Source: Actinomycetota bacterium (lineage in GTDB: Bacteria; Actinomycetota; Acidimicrobiia; Acidimicrobiales; Microtrichaceae). From it: a stretch of DNA of 64,000 nt. Below are positions 9,028 to 19,939 of the stretch, piece by piece; within the stretch, counting starts at the first letter, position 1; every line of letters starts with the position of its first letter. The translations under genes and the position numbers were made by a program. The stretch is from the NCBI GenBank assembly GCA_044508215.1, contig JBIQID010000003.1:10000-73999 (forward strand), in the 5' to 3' direction. The notes beneath the pieces were generated by a model. That model saw only the letters and a program-made list of their open reading frames with translations, searched no databases and was not told the DNA's origin.

Positions 9028-9077
9028 TGAGAAGGACGGGTGAGAAGGACCGGTGAGCCAGAACGGTGAGGAGGACC
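9026..9077. repeat. Four tandem 13-bp direct repeats (GGTGAG-N7)
   Basis: GGTGAGAAGGACG / GGTGAGAAGGACC / GGTGAGCCAGAAC / GGTGAGGAGGACC. GGTGAG recurs at 9026, 9039, 9052 and 9065. The period is not a multiple of 3. Confidence 0.85.
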
Positions 9078-9127
9078 GGGAGCGTCGGCGGCCTACGGTC
9101 GAGCGGACTCGCTGCAGGGAGGCACAG

Positions 9128-10498
9128 ATGGTTCGACGAGGTCGGTTCGGGGTCGCGCTGGTGGTGGCCGCGGCGCTGGTGTTCGCCGGGTGCTCGTCGA
9201 GCGGCGACCCGAACACAGCGGCTGACGCCCCGGACGTGTCGGGCGACGAGGTGACCACCACCACCTCCGAGGCGCCGCCGCGCCTCTCCGACGAGGTGGC
9301 CCTGCCGATCGTCTTCGTGCACGGGTTCGCCGGCTCTGCGCAGCAGTACGAGTCGCAGGCGATGCGGTTCGTCGCCAACGGCTACCCCGAGGAACGGATC
9401 GTCGCCTACGACCACGACGGCGCCGGACTCGACATCGACGGGTTCGTGGCGGGCCTCGACGCCGTCGTCGACCGCACCCTCGAGGAGCTGGGCGCCGAAA
9501 AGGTGCACCTGGTGGGCCACTCACGGGGGACCGGCGTCTCGTCACGCTACCTGTCGGATCCTGCTCGGGCGGCCAAGGTCGAGAAGTACGTGGCGATCGA
9601 CGGCGCGCCGTGTCCCGACGTTGTCCCGTGCATCGCCCCCACCCAGGTGTCGCTGCCCGGCCAGGCGCACGTCGAGGCGGCGACCTCGCCCGAGTCCTTC
9701 GCCATGCAGTTCGAGTTCCTCGTCGGGACGGCACCCGACACCGTGGAGATCGTCCCGCAGGAGGGGACGGTCGAGATCTCCGGTCGAGCCGTGAACTTCC
9801 CCTCGAACGTCGGCCGCGGCGGCGACGATCTCGACATCTGGGCGATCGACGGCGACACGGGCCAGCGGATCGGCGACGAGCCGCACGCCTCGGTGGTGCT
9901 CGGCCCCGACGGGGAGTTCGGGCCGATCGAGCTCGAGTCGGGCGCCCACTACGAGTACGTGCTCTCCAGCGACACGAGCGACGTGGAGCACCACCTCTAC
10001 CTCCAGCCGTACGTGCGGGACAGCCGGCTGGTCCGCCTGCTGTCGTCCGAGCCCGACAGCGTCACCCGGACGAACACGAACAGCGGTCCCGGGCACTCGG
10101 CGCTCGTGCTGATGCGCATGCGGGAGTGGTACGCGGCCGACCGTGACGACGTCCCGGGCGACCAGCGCGACCAGCTGACCGTCGAGGTGGTGGGGGAGAC
10201 CGAGCCCGTGGACGTCCTCGGGACGCACGTGGGCAACGCCACGATCGGCATCCACGTGCACGACGACGTGGCCTCGGTGGGCGAGACCACGGCCGCGCCG
10301 CTCCCGTTCTTCGACGGTCAGCCGTTCCAGAGCGGCACCGACGTCTTCCTGCCTGCCTCACCGGATGGCAGCGGCACGATCCGGGTGGTGAACGTCCCCC
10401 GTGGCGACGCCAGCAGGCGGCAGACCGTGAACGTGCCGAACTGGCCGTCGGACCTCCACGCCGTCAGCGTCGTGTTCGCCGACCACCCGCTCGGGTGA
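9128..10498 (+). CDS. Secreted lipoprotein alpha/beta hydrolase (class-2 lipase-like) with C-terminal beta-rich domain
   Basis: ATG 9128 follows a GCAGGGAGG RBS. Lipobox VFAGCSSSG. Motifs: PIVFVHGFAGS and VHLVGHSRGT (GxSxG). The ORF-track start at 9053 would read through the tandem repeats, so I rejected it. Confidence 0.85.
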   Translation: MVRRGRFGVALVVAAALVFAGCSSSGDPNTAADAPDVSGDEVTTTTSEAPPRLSDEVALPIVFVHGFAGSAQQYESQAMRFVANGYPEERIVAYDHDGAGLDIDGFVAGLDAVVDRTLEELGAEKVHLVGHSRGTGVSSRYLSDPARAAKVEKYVAIDGAPCPDVVPCIAPTQVSLPGQAHVEAATSPESFAMQFEFLVGTAPDTVEIVPQEGTVEISGRAVNFPSNVGRGGDDLDIWAIDGDTGQRIGDEPHASVVLGPDGEFGPIELESGAHYEYVLSSDTSDVEHHLYLQPYVRDSRLVRLLSSEPDSVTRTNTNSGPGHSALVLMRMREWYAADRDDVPGDQRDQLTVEVVGETEPVDVLGTHVGNATIGIHVHDDVASVGETTAAPLPFFDGQPFQSGTDVFLPASPDGSGTIRVVNVPRGDASRRQTVNVPNWPSDLHAVSVVFADHPLG

Positions 10499-10592
10499 CG
10501 CCGCCAGGCGGCGGTCGCAGGGCCCTTGCCGGGCGGGACAGAATCGCTCGCGACGGGCACGACCGCCCCGTCGACCCGAGGAGCACGCCGAG

Positions 10593-11885
10593 ATGAACGA
10601 CCCTGACCCCACCCCTGCCGGGACCGGCTGGCCGTCCGACACAGCGCCCACCTCGCCGGCCGACTGGTTCGTCCGTCCCGCCCTGTGGGCCGACATGGAG
10701 GCGTGGCACCGTGCGGTGAGCGACATCCGCGCCGAGACCCCCGTCCTTCGAGCGGACATCCCGGGGTTCGAGCCGTTCCTCGTGCTCACCCGGCACGCCG
10801 ACGTCTTCGCCGTCTCGCGCGACAACACCACCTGGCACAACACGGTGCGATCGGTCCTGGGGCCGGACGCCGAGTTCCAGAAGATGATCGACTCCGGCAT
10901 GCCGGCGCCGAAGACGCTGGTGCACCTCGACGGCGAGGACCACACCAAGCACCGCAAGGTGACGAGCGACTGGTTCAAGCCCAATGCCGTGTCCACTCGG
11001 CAACCACGCATCGACGCCATCGCGGACGAGTTCGTGCAGCGCATGCGGGACATGGGCGGCCGCTGCGACTTCGCCCTGGACATCGCGCAGCCCTACACGC
11101 TCCGGGTGATCATGGACATCTACGGCGTGCCCGAGGAGGACGAGCCGCTGATGCTCGAGCTCACCCAGGGCATCTTCGGCGCCGCCGACCCCGAGTACCT
11201 CGGCGACGCCGAGAGCGCGGACGTCAAGGTCCTCGAGTCCGTGATGCGGTTCGTGAGCTACTTCGCGGAGGTCACGCAGTCGCGGCAGGCATGCCCCACC
11301 GAGGACCTCGCGTCGGTGATCGCGAACGGTCAGATCGACGGGTGCCCCATGGATGCCGAGCACCAGCTCTGGTACTACATCATCGTCGCCACGGCCGGTC
11401 ACGACACGACCTCGTTCGCACTGTCGGGTGGCATGCGTGAGCTGATCCGTGATCCCCGCCAGCTCCGCCTCCTCCGGGACGACCCGGAGCTGATCAACCA
11501 CGCCGCCGACGAGGTGATCCGATACACCTCGCCGGTCCGCTCCTTCATGCGGTACGCGCAGACCGACACCGAGGTGGGAGGTGTGGAGGTTCCCGAGGGC
11601 GGGAGGGTGCTGCTGTCGTACCCCTCTGCCAACCGCGACGAATCGGTCTTCTCGGACCCCCACCGCTTCGACGTGACGCGACCCGACGTCGACAAGCTCC
11701 TCTCGTTCGGAGTCGGCGCCCACTTCTGCCTGGGCGCCCAGTTCGCCCGTCGGGAGCTGCGCACGATGCTGTCGCGCCTCTCCCAGGTGATCGACCACGT
11801 CGAGCTGGACGGCGACGTCGAGCACGCGCAGTCCCACTTCGTGTCGGGCGTCAAGCACCTGCCCATCACCTACTCGATGCGCTGA
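10593..11885 (+). CDS. Cytochrome P450
   Basis: ORF track 430 aa with a GAGGAG RBS. Heme-binding loop FGVGAHFCLGAQFARRE. I-helix AGHDTTS. EVIRY (ExxR). Confidence 0.95.
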   Translation: MNDPDPTPAGTGWPSDTAPTSPADWFVRPALWADMEAWHRAVSDIRAETPVLRADIPGFEPFLVLTRHADVFAVSRDNTTWHNTVRSVLGPDAEFQKMIDSGMPAPKTLVHLDGEDHTKHRKVTSDWFKPNAVSTRQPRIDAIADEFVQRMRDMGGRCDFALDIAQPYTLRVIMDIYGVPEEDEPLMLELTQGIFGAADPEYLGDAESADVKVLESVMRFVSYFAEVTQSRQACPTEDLASVIANGQIDGCPMDAEHQLWYYIIVATAGHDTTSFALSGGMRELIRDPRQLRLLRDDPELINHAADEVIRYTSPVRSFMRYAQTDTEVGGVEVPEGGRVLLSYPSANRDESVFSDPHRFDVTRPDVDKLLSFGVGAHFCLGAQFARRELRTMLSRLSQVIDHVELDGDVEHAQSHFVSGVKHLPITYSMR

Positions 11886-11901
11886 CCTCACCTTGGTGAG
11901 G
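11886..11901 (+). terminator. Stem-loop immediately after the P450 stop
   Basis: CCTCACC-TT-GGTGAGG starts 1 nt after the TGA at 11883-11885. No U-tract. Confidence 0.35.
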
Positions 11902-11986
11902 CGCGGGCGGCGCAGTAGCGTCACGGCCTGGCGTGCCGGGAAGTCTGGTCGGCGAACTCGTCCATCGATCCTGATGGGACCGCCCC

Positions 11987-14317
11987 GTGCTGTTCGCCCT
12001 CATCGCCCTCCACGCCGTCTGCGGGACGGTCGTCCTGCTGGCCGGCCGCCGGCTGGGGCGCGCCGCCTGGGTGGTGGGCGGTCTGGCGCCTGCGTCGGTC
12101 GTCGCATGGCTGGGGGCGAACCTCACCGACGTGAGCGGCGGCGAGGCCGTCACCGGTCGGGCCGGATGGGTCGAGGGCCTCGGTCTCGCGCTCGACGTGC
12201 GGGTCGACGGCTTCTCCGCGCTGATGATCCTCCTCGTCTCGGGGATCGGTGTCCTGGTCTTCGCGTACGCGTGGCACTACTTCGGACGCTCCGAGAAGGG
12301 GCCGAGGGTCGCCGGGCTGCTCACCCTCTTCGCCGGCTCGATGCTCGGCGTGGTCGTGGCCGACAACCTCCTCGCGCTCTACGTGTTCTGGGAGCTGACC
12401 TCGATCACCTCGTACCTGCTCATCGGGACGGACCACGAGGACCCCGCCGCGCGGGACGCTGCCCGGCAGGCACTGATGGTCACCGCCCTGGGCGGCCTGG
12501 CGATGCTCGGCGGGATGGTCGCCATTGGCCAGCAGGCCGGCACCTTCACGCTCAGCGAGGTGCTCGCCTCGCCGCCGTCGGGGACGATCACCTCGGTCGC
12601 CCTGGTGTTCGTGCTGGTGGGTGCCTTCACCAAGTCCGCCCAGTACCCGTTCCACAGCTGGCTGCCCGGCGCGATGGTCGCGGCGACGCCGATCAGCGCC
12701 TACCTGCACTCGGCGGCGATGGTGAAGGCAGGGGTGTACCTCGTGGCGCGGCTCGCGCCGGCGTTCGCCGAGGTCGGACCGTGGCGTCCGCTCGTGGTCA
12801 CGGTGGGCCTCGTCACGATGGTCGCGGGTGGCCTCCGCGCACTGCACCCGAACGACCTGAAGCAGCTCCTCGCGTTCGGCACGATCAGCCAGCTGGGGTT
12901 CATGGTGGTCCTCTTCGGGATCGGTCACCCGGCCGCCACCGCGGCGGCGTGCGCGCTGATCCTGGCCCACGGCCTGTTCAAGGCTGCGTTGTTCATGGTG
13001 GTCGGGATCGTCGATCACGAGGCAGGCACGCGTGACATCCGCGAGCTGCCGGTACTCGGTGCCGGCTGGACCCCCACCAAGGTGGTCGCGCTGGCCAGCG
13101 CGGCGTCGATGGCCGCCGTGGCGCCCCTCGCCGGGTTCGTGGCGAAGGAGCAGGCGTACACCGCGCTGTTCGAGGGGACGCCCGGCGACCAGCTGGTGCT
13201 GGTCGGCATCGTCGTCGGCTCGATCCTGACCGTGGCGTACAGCCTCCGCCTCGTCGCCGCACTGGTCCGCCCGGACCTCCTCGCGGCGCGGCCGGGTCGA
13301 GCGGCATCCGATCACGCACCCACGACCGGGTTCCTCGCTCCGGCGCTGCTGCTCGCCGCCTGCTCGGTGGTCCTCGGCGTGGTGCCGGCGGTCTGGTCGG
13401 GCCTCGTCGACGATGCTGCGAACGCGCTCGACCCCCGCTCCCACTCCCACCTCGCGCTGTGGCACGGGGTGACGGTGCCGCTCCTCCTCTCCCTGGGGAC
13501 CCTGGCGGTGGGGGTCGCCCTGTTCTGGGGCAGGGATGCGTGGGCGAGGGTCGCGCGGCGACTGACGATCCCGCTGTCGGGCCAGCGGGTCGTCGAGGTC
13601 CTCCTCCGGGGCACGTCCACCGGTGCGACCAAGGTGGCGAGCGTGGTCCAGTCGGGCTCGCTGCCGATCTACGCAGCGATCATCCTGGCGACCGCCGTGG
13701 TGGCGCCGATGGGCGCGCTGCTCGCCGGGTCGTGGTGGCCTGGGTGGCCCGAGCTGCTCGGAGCCTCCGAGCACGTGCCGATCGCAGCGGTGCTCCTCGG
13801 CGGCGCGCTGGCAGCGACCCTCGCGACGCGGCGGTTCGCGGCCGCCATCCTCCTCGGCGTCGTGGGCTACGGCATGGCGCTGTTCTTCGCCGTCCAGGGG
13901 GCGCCGGACCTCGCGCTGACGCAGTTCTCGGTCGAGACGCTCTCCGTGGTGGTGTTCCTGCTGGTGCTGAGGGTGCTGCCGGACCGCTTCGTGCGGCGTG
14001 CCCCGGCCTTCGGGCGGACCGCTCGGCTGGCGGTGTCGATCGGCGTCGGCGTCTTCGTCGTGGTGATGGGCATCGCCTCGTACGGCGCTCGCACCCAGCC
14101 GTCGGTCTCCGCCGAGATGTCGGAGGTGGCCCTGCCGGAGGGCCATGGCCGCAACGTGGTGAACGTGATCCTGGTGGACATCCGCGGCCTCGACACGATG
14201 GGTGAGATCACCGTCCTCGCCACGGCCGGCATCGGGATCGTGGCGCTCGCGAAGGTGGGCCGCCGGAGGCGGTCGAGCGACAGCGTCGAGCCGGCCGAGG
14301 AGGTGGCAGCGGGATGA
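11987..14317 (+). CDS. mrpA: Na+(K+)/H+ antiporter subunit A (Mrp/Mnh complex)
   Basis: ORF track 776 aa, GTG start. Polytopic NuoL/MnhA-like sequence: WELTSITSYLLIG, SAQYPFHSWLPGAM. Confidence 0.9.
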   Translation: MLFALIALHAVCGTVVLLAGRRLGRAAWVVGGLAPASVVAWLGANLTDVSGGEAVTGRAGWVEGLGLALDVRVDGFSALMILLVSGIGVLVFAYAWHYFGRSEKGPRVAGLLTLFAGSMLGVVVADNLLALYVFWELTSITSYLLIGTDHEDPAARDAARQALMVTALGGLAMLGGMVAIGQQAGTFTLSEVLASPPSGTITSVALVFVLVGAFTKSAQYPFHSWLPGAMVAATPISAYLHSAAMVKAGVYLVARLAPAFAEVGPWRPLVVTVGLVTMVAGGLRALHPNDLKQLLAFGTISQLGFMVVLFGIGHPAATAAACALILAHGLFKAALFMVVGIVDHEAGTRDIRELPVLGAGWTPTKVVALASAASMAAVAPLAGFVAKEQAYTALFEGTPGDQLVLVGIVVGSILTVAYSLRLVAALVRPDLLAARPGRAASDHAPTTGFLAPALLLAACSVVLGVVPAVWSGLVDDAANALDPRSHSHLALWHGVTVPLLLSLGTLAVGVALFWGRDAWARVARRLTIPLSGQRVVEVLLRGTSTGATKVASVVQSGSLPIYAAIILATAVVAPMGALLAGSWWPGWPELLGASEHVPIAAVLLGGALAATLATRRFAAAILLGVVGYGMALFFAVQGAPDLALTQFSVETLSVVVFLLVLRVLPDRFVRRAPAFGRTARLAVSIGVGVFVVVMGIASYGARTQPSVSAEMSEVALPEGHGRNVVNVILVDIRGLDTMGEITVLATAGIGIVALAKVGRRRRSSDSVEPAEEVAAG

Positions 14318-14766
14318 TCCGTCGCTCGCTGATCCTCGACACGACGATCCGCCTGGTGGTCGACGCCGCGATCGTGCTGTCGATCTACCTTCTGTTCGCC
14401 GGGCACAACCAGCCCGGCGGCGGGTTCGTCGGCGGCCTCGTCGCCGCTGCGGCGATCGCCCTCCGCTACATCGCCGGCGGTCAGGACGACGTGCGCAGCC
14501 TGGTGCGCGTCAGGCCGACCTCCCTCGCCTCGATCGGGCTCGTGGTGGCGGCCGGCACCGCGCTGGCGCCGGTCCTCAGCGGCGATCCGCCGATGGACCA
14601 CCGGGTGGCCGACTGGCACCTGGAGCTGCTCGGCGACCTGCACCTCAACACCGCCGCGCTGTTCGACTCGGGCGTGTACCTCGTGGTGGTGGGCCTGCTC
14701 CTGATGGTCCTGGATGCGCTCGGCGAGGACGATCCCGCCGAGCCGGACGGGGAGGAGCAGCAGTGA
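14314..14766 (+). CDS. mrpB: Na+/H+ antiporter subunit B
   Basis: ATGA overlap with mrpA. MnhB-like motif: LFAGHNQPGGGFVGGL. Confidence 0.85.
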   Translation: MIRRSLILDTTIRLVVDAAIVLSIYLLFAGHNQPGGGFVGGLVAAAAIALRYIAGGQDDVRSLVRVRPTSLASIGLVVAAGTALAPVLSGDPPMDHRVADWHLELLGDLHLNTAALFDSGVYLVVVGLLLMVLDALGEDDPAEPDGEEQQ

Positions 14767-15139
14767 CGCTCTTCCTCCTCGTCCTGGCCGGCCTTCTGTG
14801 CGCGTGCGGCACCTACCTGCTGCTCGGGCGCCAGCTCAGCCGCGTGGTGATCGGGATCGGGCTCCTCGGCCACGGGGTGAACATCCTGCTCGTGTCGTCG
14901 GGCGGCGACGGCGGTGAGCCGGCGTTCGCGGGCAGCGGTGATCCGGCATCGTTCTCCGACCCGCTCCCGCAGGCGATGGTGCTCACGGCGATCGTCATCA
15001 CGTTCGGCGTGGTGGCGTTCCTGCTGACGCTCGCCTACCGGAGCTGGATCGTCACGTCCGACGACGAGGTCGAGGACGACGTGGAGGACCGGCGGATCGC
15101 CCGCCAGGCGGCGGACCCGCTCGACGAGGGGACGGAGCA

Positions 15140-15143
<4 letters not shown>
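14763..15143 (+). CDS. mrpC: Na+/H+ antiporter subunit C (NuoK-like)
   Basis: GTG 14763 overlaps the mrpB stop (GTGA). Three TM helices. PLPQAMVLTAIVI is typical of MnhC. Confidence 0.85.
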
Positions 15144-16623
<1,480 letters not shown>

Positions 16624-16627
<4 letters not shown>

Positions 16628-17148
16628 TCCGCCTCCTCCGCGTCGCGATCATGACGGTGGTCTGGCTGGCGCTGTGGTCGGACATCTCGGTGGCGAACGT
16701 CGTGAGCGGCGTGCTGGTGGGCGCCCTGATCACCGCGTGCGTCGACACGTGGCGCTCCGGCCAGGTCATCGTGCGTCCGGTGCGCGCTGCGGTCTTCGGG
16801 GCGTTCTTCCTCCGCCAGCTCGCCCTCTCGACCCTCGCGGTGGCCCGGACGGTCGTGGCGCCCCGGGACCGGGTCCGCACGGGCATCGTCGCCGTGCCGC
16901 TCGCCGGCTGCTCCGACGCGGTGGCCACCCTGATCGCCGACGCCATCAGCCTCACCCCGGGAACCCTCACGCTCGAGGTCCGCCGGGATCCGCTCACCCT
17001 GTACGTGCACGCGCTCGACACCCGCGACGTCGAGGAGCTCCGCAACGAGATCCGCACGCTCGAGGTGCTGGCGGTGCGGGCGTTCGGCGACGCCGAGGCG
17101 CTCGCGGGCCTGTCGCTCGACGACACGCGGGTCTGGAGGGGTCGATGA
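16624..17148 (+). CDS. mrpE: Na+/H+ antiporter subunit E
   Basis: GTG 16624 overlaps the mrpD stop. MnhE-like N-terminus with two TM helices and TLTPGTLTLEV. Confidence 0.8.
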
Positions 17149-17396
17149 TCACGGTCGCACTGACGCTGCTCGCGCTCGGGGGCGCGTGCTTCCTCTACCG
17201 GGCGATCACCGGCCCGTCGCTCGCCGACCGGATCGTGGCGGTGGACGGGCTGGTCGTCACGATCGTGGCGGCGATCGTCCTGCGGTCGATCCAGCAGGAC
17301 GCCGACTGGTTCCTCGACGTGGCGGTCGTCGTGGCGTTCATCGGGTTCGTCGGCACCACGGCGGGCGCACGCTTCGTGGAACGGAGGGGCGGGTGA
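17145..17396 (+). CDS. mrpF: Na+/H+ antiporter subunit F
   Basis: ATGA overlap with mrpE. YRAITGPSLADRIVAVD is typical of MnhF. Confidence 0.8.
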   Translation: MITVALTLLALGGACFLYRAITGPSLADRIVAVDGLVVTIVAAIVLRSIQQDADWFLDVAVVVAFIGFVGTTAGARFVERRGG

Positions 17397-17740
17397 GCGC
17401 CACGGAGGTGGTCGTGGGGGTCCTGGCCCTCGTCGGCAGCGGCTTGGTGCTGCTCGCCGGGGTCGGCGTGATCCGGTTCGACGACCTCTACGCCCGGATG
17501 CACGCAGCAACGAAGGCCACCACCGTCGGCATCCTGGTCGTCGCGGTCGCTGGCGCCCTCTCGATCGACGGTGGCGCCGCGAAGATCCTGCTGGCCGCCG
17601 CCCTGGTGTTCGTCACGGCGCCGAGCGCAGCTCACTTCATCGGTCGCGCCGCCTACCGGGCCGAGGGGGTCGAGGTCCACCTCGAAGGCGGTGACGACCT
17701 CGGCGACCTGCTGGACGAGGACCCGACGCACGACGCCTGA
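17393..17740 (+). CDS. mrpG: Na+/H+ antiporter subunit G
   Basis: GTGA overlap with mrpF. IRFDDLYARMHAATKATTVG is typical of MnhG. Confidence 0.8.
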   Translation: MSATEVVVGVLALVGSGLVLLAGVGVIRFDDLYARMHAATKATTVGILVVAVAGALSIDGGAAKILLAAALVFVTAPSAAHFIGRAAYRAEGVEVHLEGGDDLGDLLDEDPTHDA

Positions 17741-17784
17741 GCACCCCGTGCGGAGCGCGGCATCGCCGAGTACGTTGCGCGCCG

Positions 17785-18252
17785 ATGTCCTCGTGGAGCG
17801 AAGTGGAGGAGGCAGCACCCGAGCTGGCGGCGCGGGTGCGGAAGCTGTTCGACGCCGGCCGCCACAAGACGATCGCGACGATCCGTGCCGACGGCTCGCC
17901 CCGCATCTCGGGGATCGAGTCGGAGTTCGTCGACGGCCAGCTGCAGTTCGGCTCGATGCGCGGGGCACGGAAGGGAGCGGACCTCCGTCGTGACCCGCGG
18001 TTCGCGCTGCACGGCCCGACCTTCCACCCCGAGGAGGGCAAGGAAGGGGAGTGGCCGGGTGAGGGGAAGATCGCCGGGCGCGCCGTACCGGCCGGCGACC
18101 TGACCGCCGAGGAGGGCGGGGAGGCGGAGGGCGAGCTGTTCGTCGCTGACATCTCCGAGGTCGTGGTCACCGGCCTGAACGACGCGGCGACGATGCTCGT
18201 CGTGGAGTCGTGGACCCCCGAGCGGGGCCTGCGGAGGATCGAGCGCGCCTGA
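17785..18252 (+). CDS. Pyridoxamine 5'-phosphate oxidase-family (PPOX/F420-type split-barrel) protein
   Basis: ORF track 155 aa. Family-like segment: HKTIATIRADGSPRISGIE...LQFGSM...RDPRFALHG. Confidence 0.75.
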   Translation: MSSWSEVEEAAPELAARVRKLFDAGRHKTIATIRADGSPRISGIESEFVDGQLQFGSMRGARKGADLRRDPRFALHGPTFHPEEGKEGEWPGEGKIAGRAVPAGDLTAEEGGEAEGELFVADISEVVVTGLNDAATMLVVESWTPERGLRRIERA

Positions 18253-18270
18253 CGCGCCTGGGGGTCCGGG

Positions 18271-19383
18271 TCACCCGCCCTGTCGGTGGCGGTCGAAGAA
18301 GTCGAGCATCACCGAGGTCGCTTCGAGGTTCGTCGTCATGTGCCCCGCGATCTCCGCGACGTCCACACCCACGACCTCCGGCAGCGCCATGCCCTGGGCC
18401 AGCTCGGTGAGGCGAGCCACGTCGACGTAGTTCAGCATGCCGGGCCACGTGTGCCCGCCCCCGAGCACCGTGTACAGCTCGACGTCCAACCCGTCGTCGC
18501 AGCCATCCCACCTCGTCACCGTCACGTCGTCGTGGACGGCGGCGGCCTCACCGGCTTCCTCGCAGCCGGCCGCCGCGGCCAGCTCCGTGAGCCGCTCCTG
18601 CACCGACGGGTTGTCGACCGGCACCCTCGACGACGTGCCGCCGTCGTAGGGGACGAGCGGGTCGGCGTCGCCGTGGAACGCGATCACGGAGGTGGGCTCC
18701 GCATCGGGGCACGAGGGTGCCAGGTTCACCCCCGAGACGGGACCGATGGCGGCGATCCGGCCCGGGAGCTCGCACGCGAGGACCGTCGCCATCCCGGCGC
18801 CGTTCGAGTTGCCGGTCACGTAGACACGCGCGGCGTCGATGCAGAGCTGCGCGGTGGTGGCGTCGATGAGCTCGGTCAGGAAGGCCACGTCGTCCTGCGT
18901 GCCGGTGGCCTCGTCGGCATCGTCGAGTCGGATGTTCCAGTACGGCGCGGTGATCTCCCGGCCGTTCACCGTCGAGGTGACGTCGGTGGCCTGCGGGGTG
19001 ATGAGGACGTAACCGCGCTCGGCGGCCGCCTCGGGGAGGCCGGAGAACAGGCTCTGCTGCTCGATGCTCGACGTGTAGCCGTGGAGGTCGAGGATGAGCG
19101 GCAGCGGCGTGGTGCCGTCGTGGGCTGGGGGGACCACACGCTCAGCGACGCGAGTCGTGCCACCCGACTCGACCTCGATCCGCGTGGCGCCCGGAGCGAT
19201 GGCCGGGAGGTCGCTGGGAGCGTCGCTGCGGCAACCGGACGCGACCGTCGCGGTGGTCGAGGTGGTCGTCTGTGCCCCGGATCCGGTCGCTGTCGGGCCA
19301 TCGTCGGAGCACGCCGGGACCGCCAGCAGCAGCGTCCCGATCGCCGACACCGCCGCGAGGGCTCGGAGGCGGTTCGCTCGCAC
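18271..19383 (-). CDS. Lipoprotein esterase, PHB-depolymerase/LpqC-like family
   Basis: GTG 19383 lies 2 nt after the stop of the upstream gene. Lipobox AVPACSDDG. Motifs: PLILDLHGY, YVTGNSNGAGMA (GxSxG-type), FHGDADPLVPY. Confidence 0.8.
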   Translation of the reverse strand: MRANRLRALAAVSAIGTLLLAVPACSDDGPTATGSGAQTTTSTTATVASGCRSDAPSDLPAIAPGATRIEVESGGTTRVAERVVPPAHDGTTPLPLILDLHGYTSSIEQQSLFSGLPEAAAERGYVLITPQATDVTSTVNGREITAPYWNIRLDDADEATGTQDDVAFLTELIDATTAQLCIDAARVYVTGNSNGAGMATVLACELPGRIAAIGPVSGVNLAPSCPDAEPTSVIAFHGDADPLVPYDGGTSSRVPVDNPSVQERLTELAAAAGCEEAGEAAAVHDDVTVTRWDGCDDGLDVELYTVLGGGHTWPGMLNYVDVARLTELAQGMALPEVVGVDVAEIAGHMTTNLEATSVMLDFFDRHRQGG

Positions 19384-19385
19384 GA

Positions 19386-19871
19386 TCAGCGATCCGGGAT
19401 CGAGAAGTCCCGGTTGGGCTCGGGCACCTTGTGCATCGGCCCGGTGGGTCGCCACCCCGACTGCTTCATGTCCGCGAGCACGTGCGCCATGTTGAGGAGG
19501 TCCTCCTCGTAGCGGAACTTGCCGTCGCCCGCGTAGACGAGCGTCGAGACACCCGACTGCTCGCGCAGCTGGCCGTCGGCGCCGGGGAACTGCTGGCGCC
19601 ACTTCACCACGACCGTCTCGCCGTCGTCGGCGATGGCGTAGAAGTCGGTGGGGAACGTCCAGTCGTCGAGGCCGGCCATGGCGGGCCCGAAGACCGTCTC
19701 CAGGATCGCATCGAGGCCCTCGACGCGCCCCCAGGCGGGGTCGACGAAGACGGCGTCGTCGGTGAAGAACTCGGCCAGGCGGTCCCATCCGCCGTTGCCC
19801 GCGCAGATCTCGTCGCGCGTGGCGATGTAGCGGCGGACGGTGTCCTCGATCTCGTCGCGGTCGAACGGCAT
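19386..19871 (-). CDS. SnoaL/NTF2-like fold protein
   Basis: ATG 19871, 161 aa. N-terminus DRDEIEDTVRRYIATRD...DDAVFVDP is typical of the NTF2-like superfamily. Confidence 0.7.
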   Translation of the reverse strand: MPFDRDEIEDTVRRYIATRDEICAGNGGWDRLAEFFTDDAVFVDPAWGRVEGLDAILETVFGPAMAGLDDWTFPTDFYAIADDGETVVVKWRQQFPGADGQLREQSGVSTLVYAGDGKFRYEEDLLNMAHVLADMKQSGWRPTGPMHKVPEPNRDFSIPDR

Positions 19872-19939
19872 CGGTGGCCCCCTGTGATCCGTCGATCGCC
19901 CCCGCGATCGTGGCGGTGACCCTATTTGCCGCCGTGGCC

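Noticed and set aside
9026-9077. Tandem 13-mers as a mini-CRISPR or a coding repeat
   Set aside because: The units are contiguous with no spacers, and the period is not divisible by 3.
9053-9127. ORF-track start at 9053 for the second lipase
   Set aside because: It would translate the 13-bp tandem repeats into a charged MSQNGEEDRERRR leader ahead of the signal peptide. ATG 9128 has a good RBS and gives a normal lipoprotein signal peptide.
6398-9520. 1040-aa minus-strand ORF spanning the lipase, the MFS region and the intergenic repeats
   Set aside because: Only the C-terminal 417 aa (from ATG 7651) look like a protein, with a lipobox and a lipase fold. The upstream part is Arg/Pro/Gly-rich, runs out of frame through the real MFS gene and crosses the palindromic element. 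This is a typical stop-codon-poor shadow frame of GC-rich DNA.
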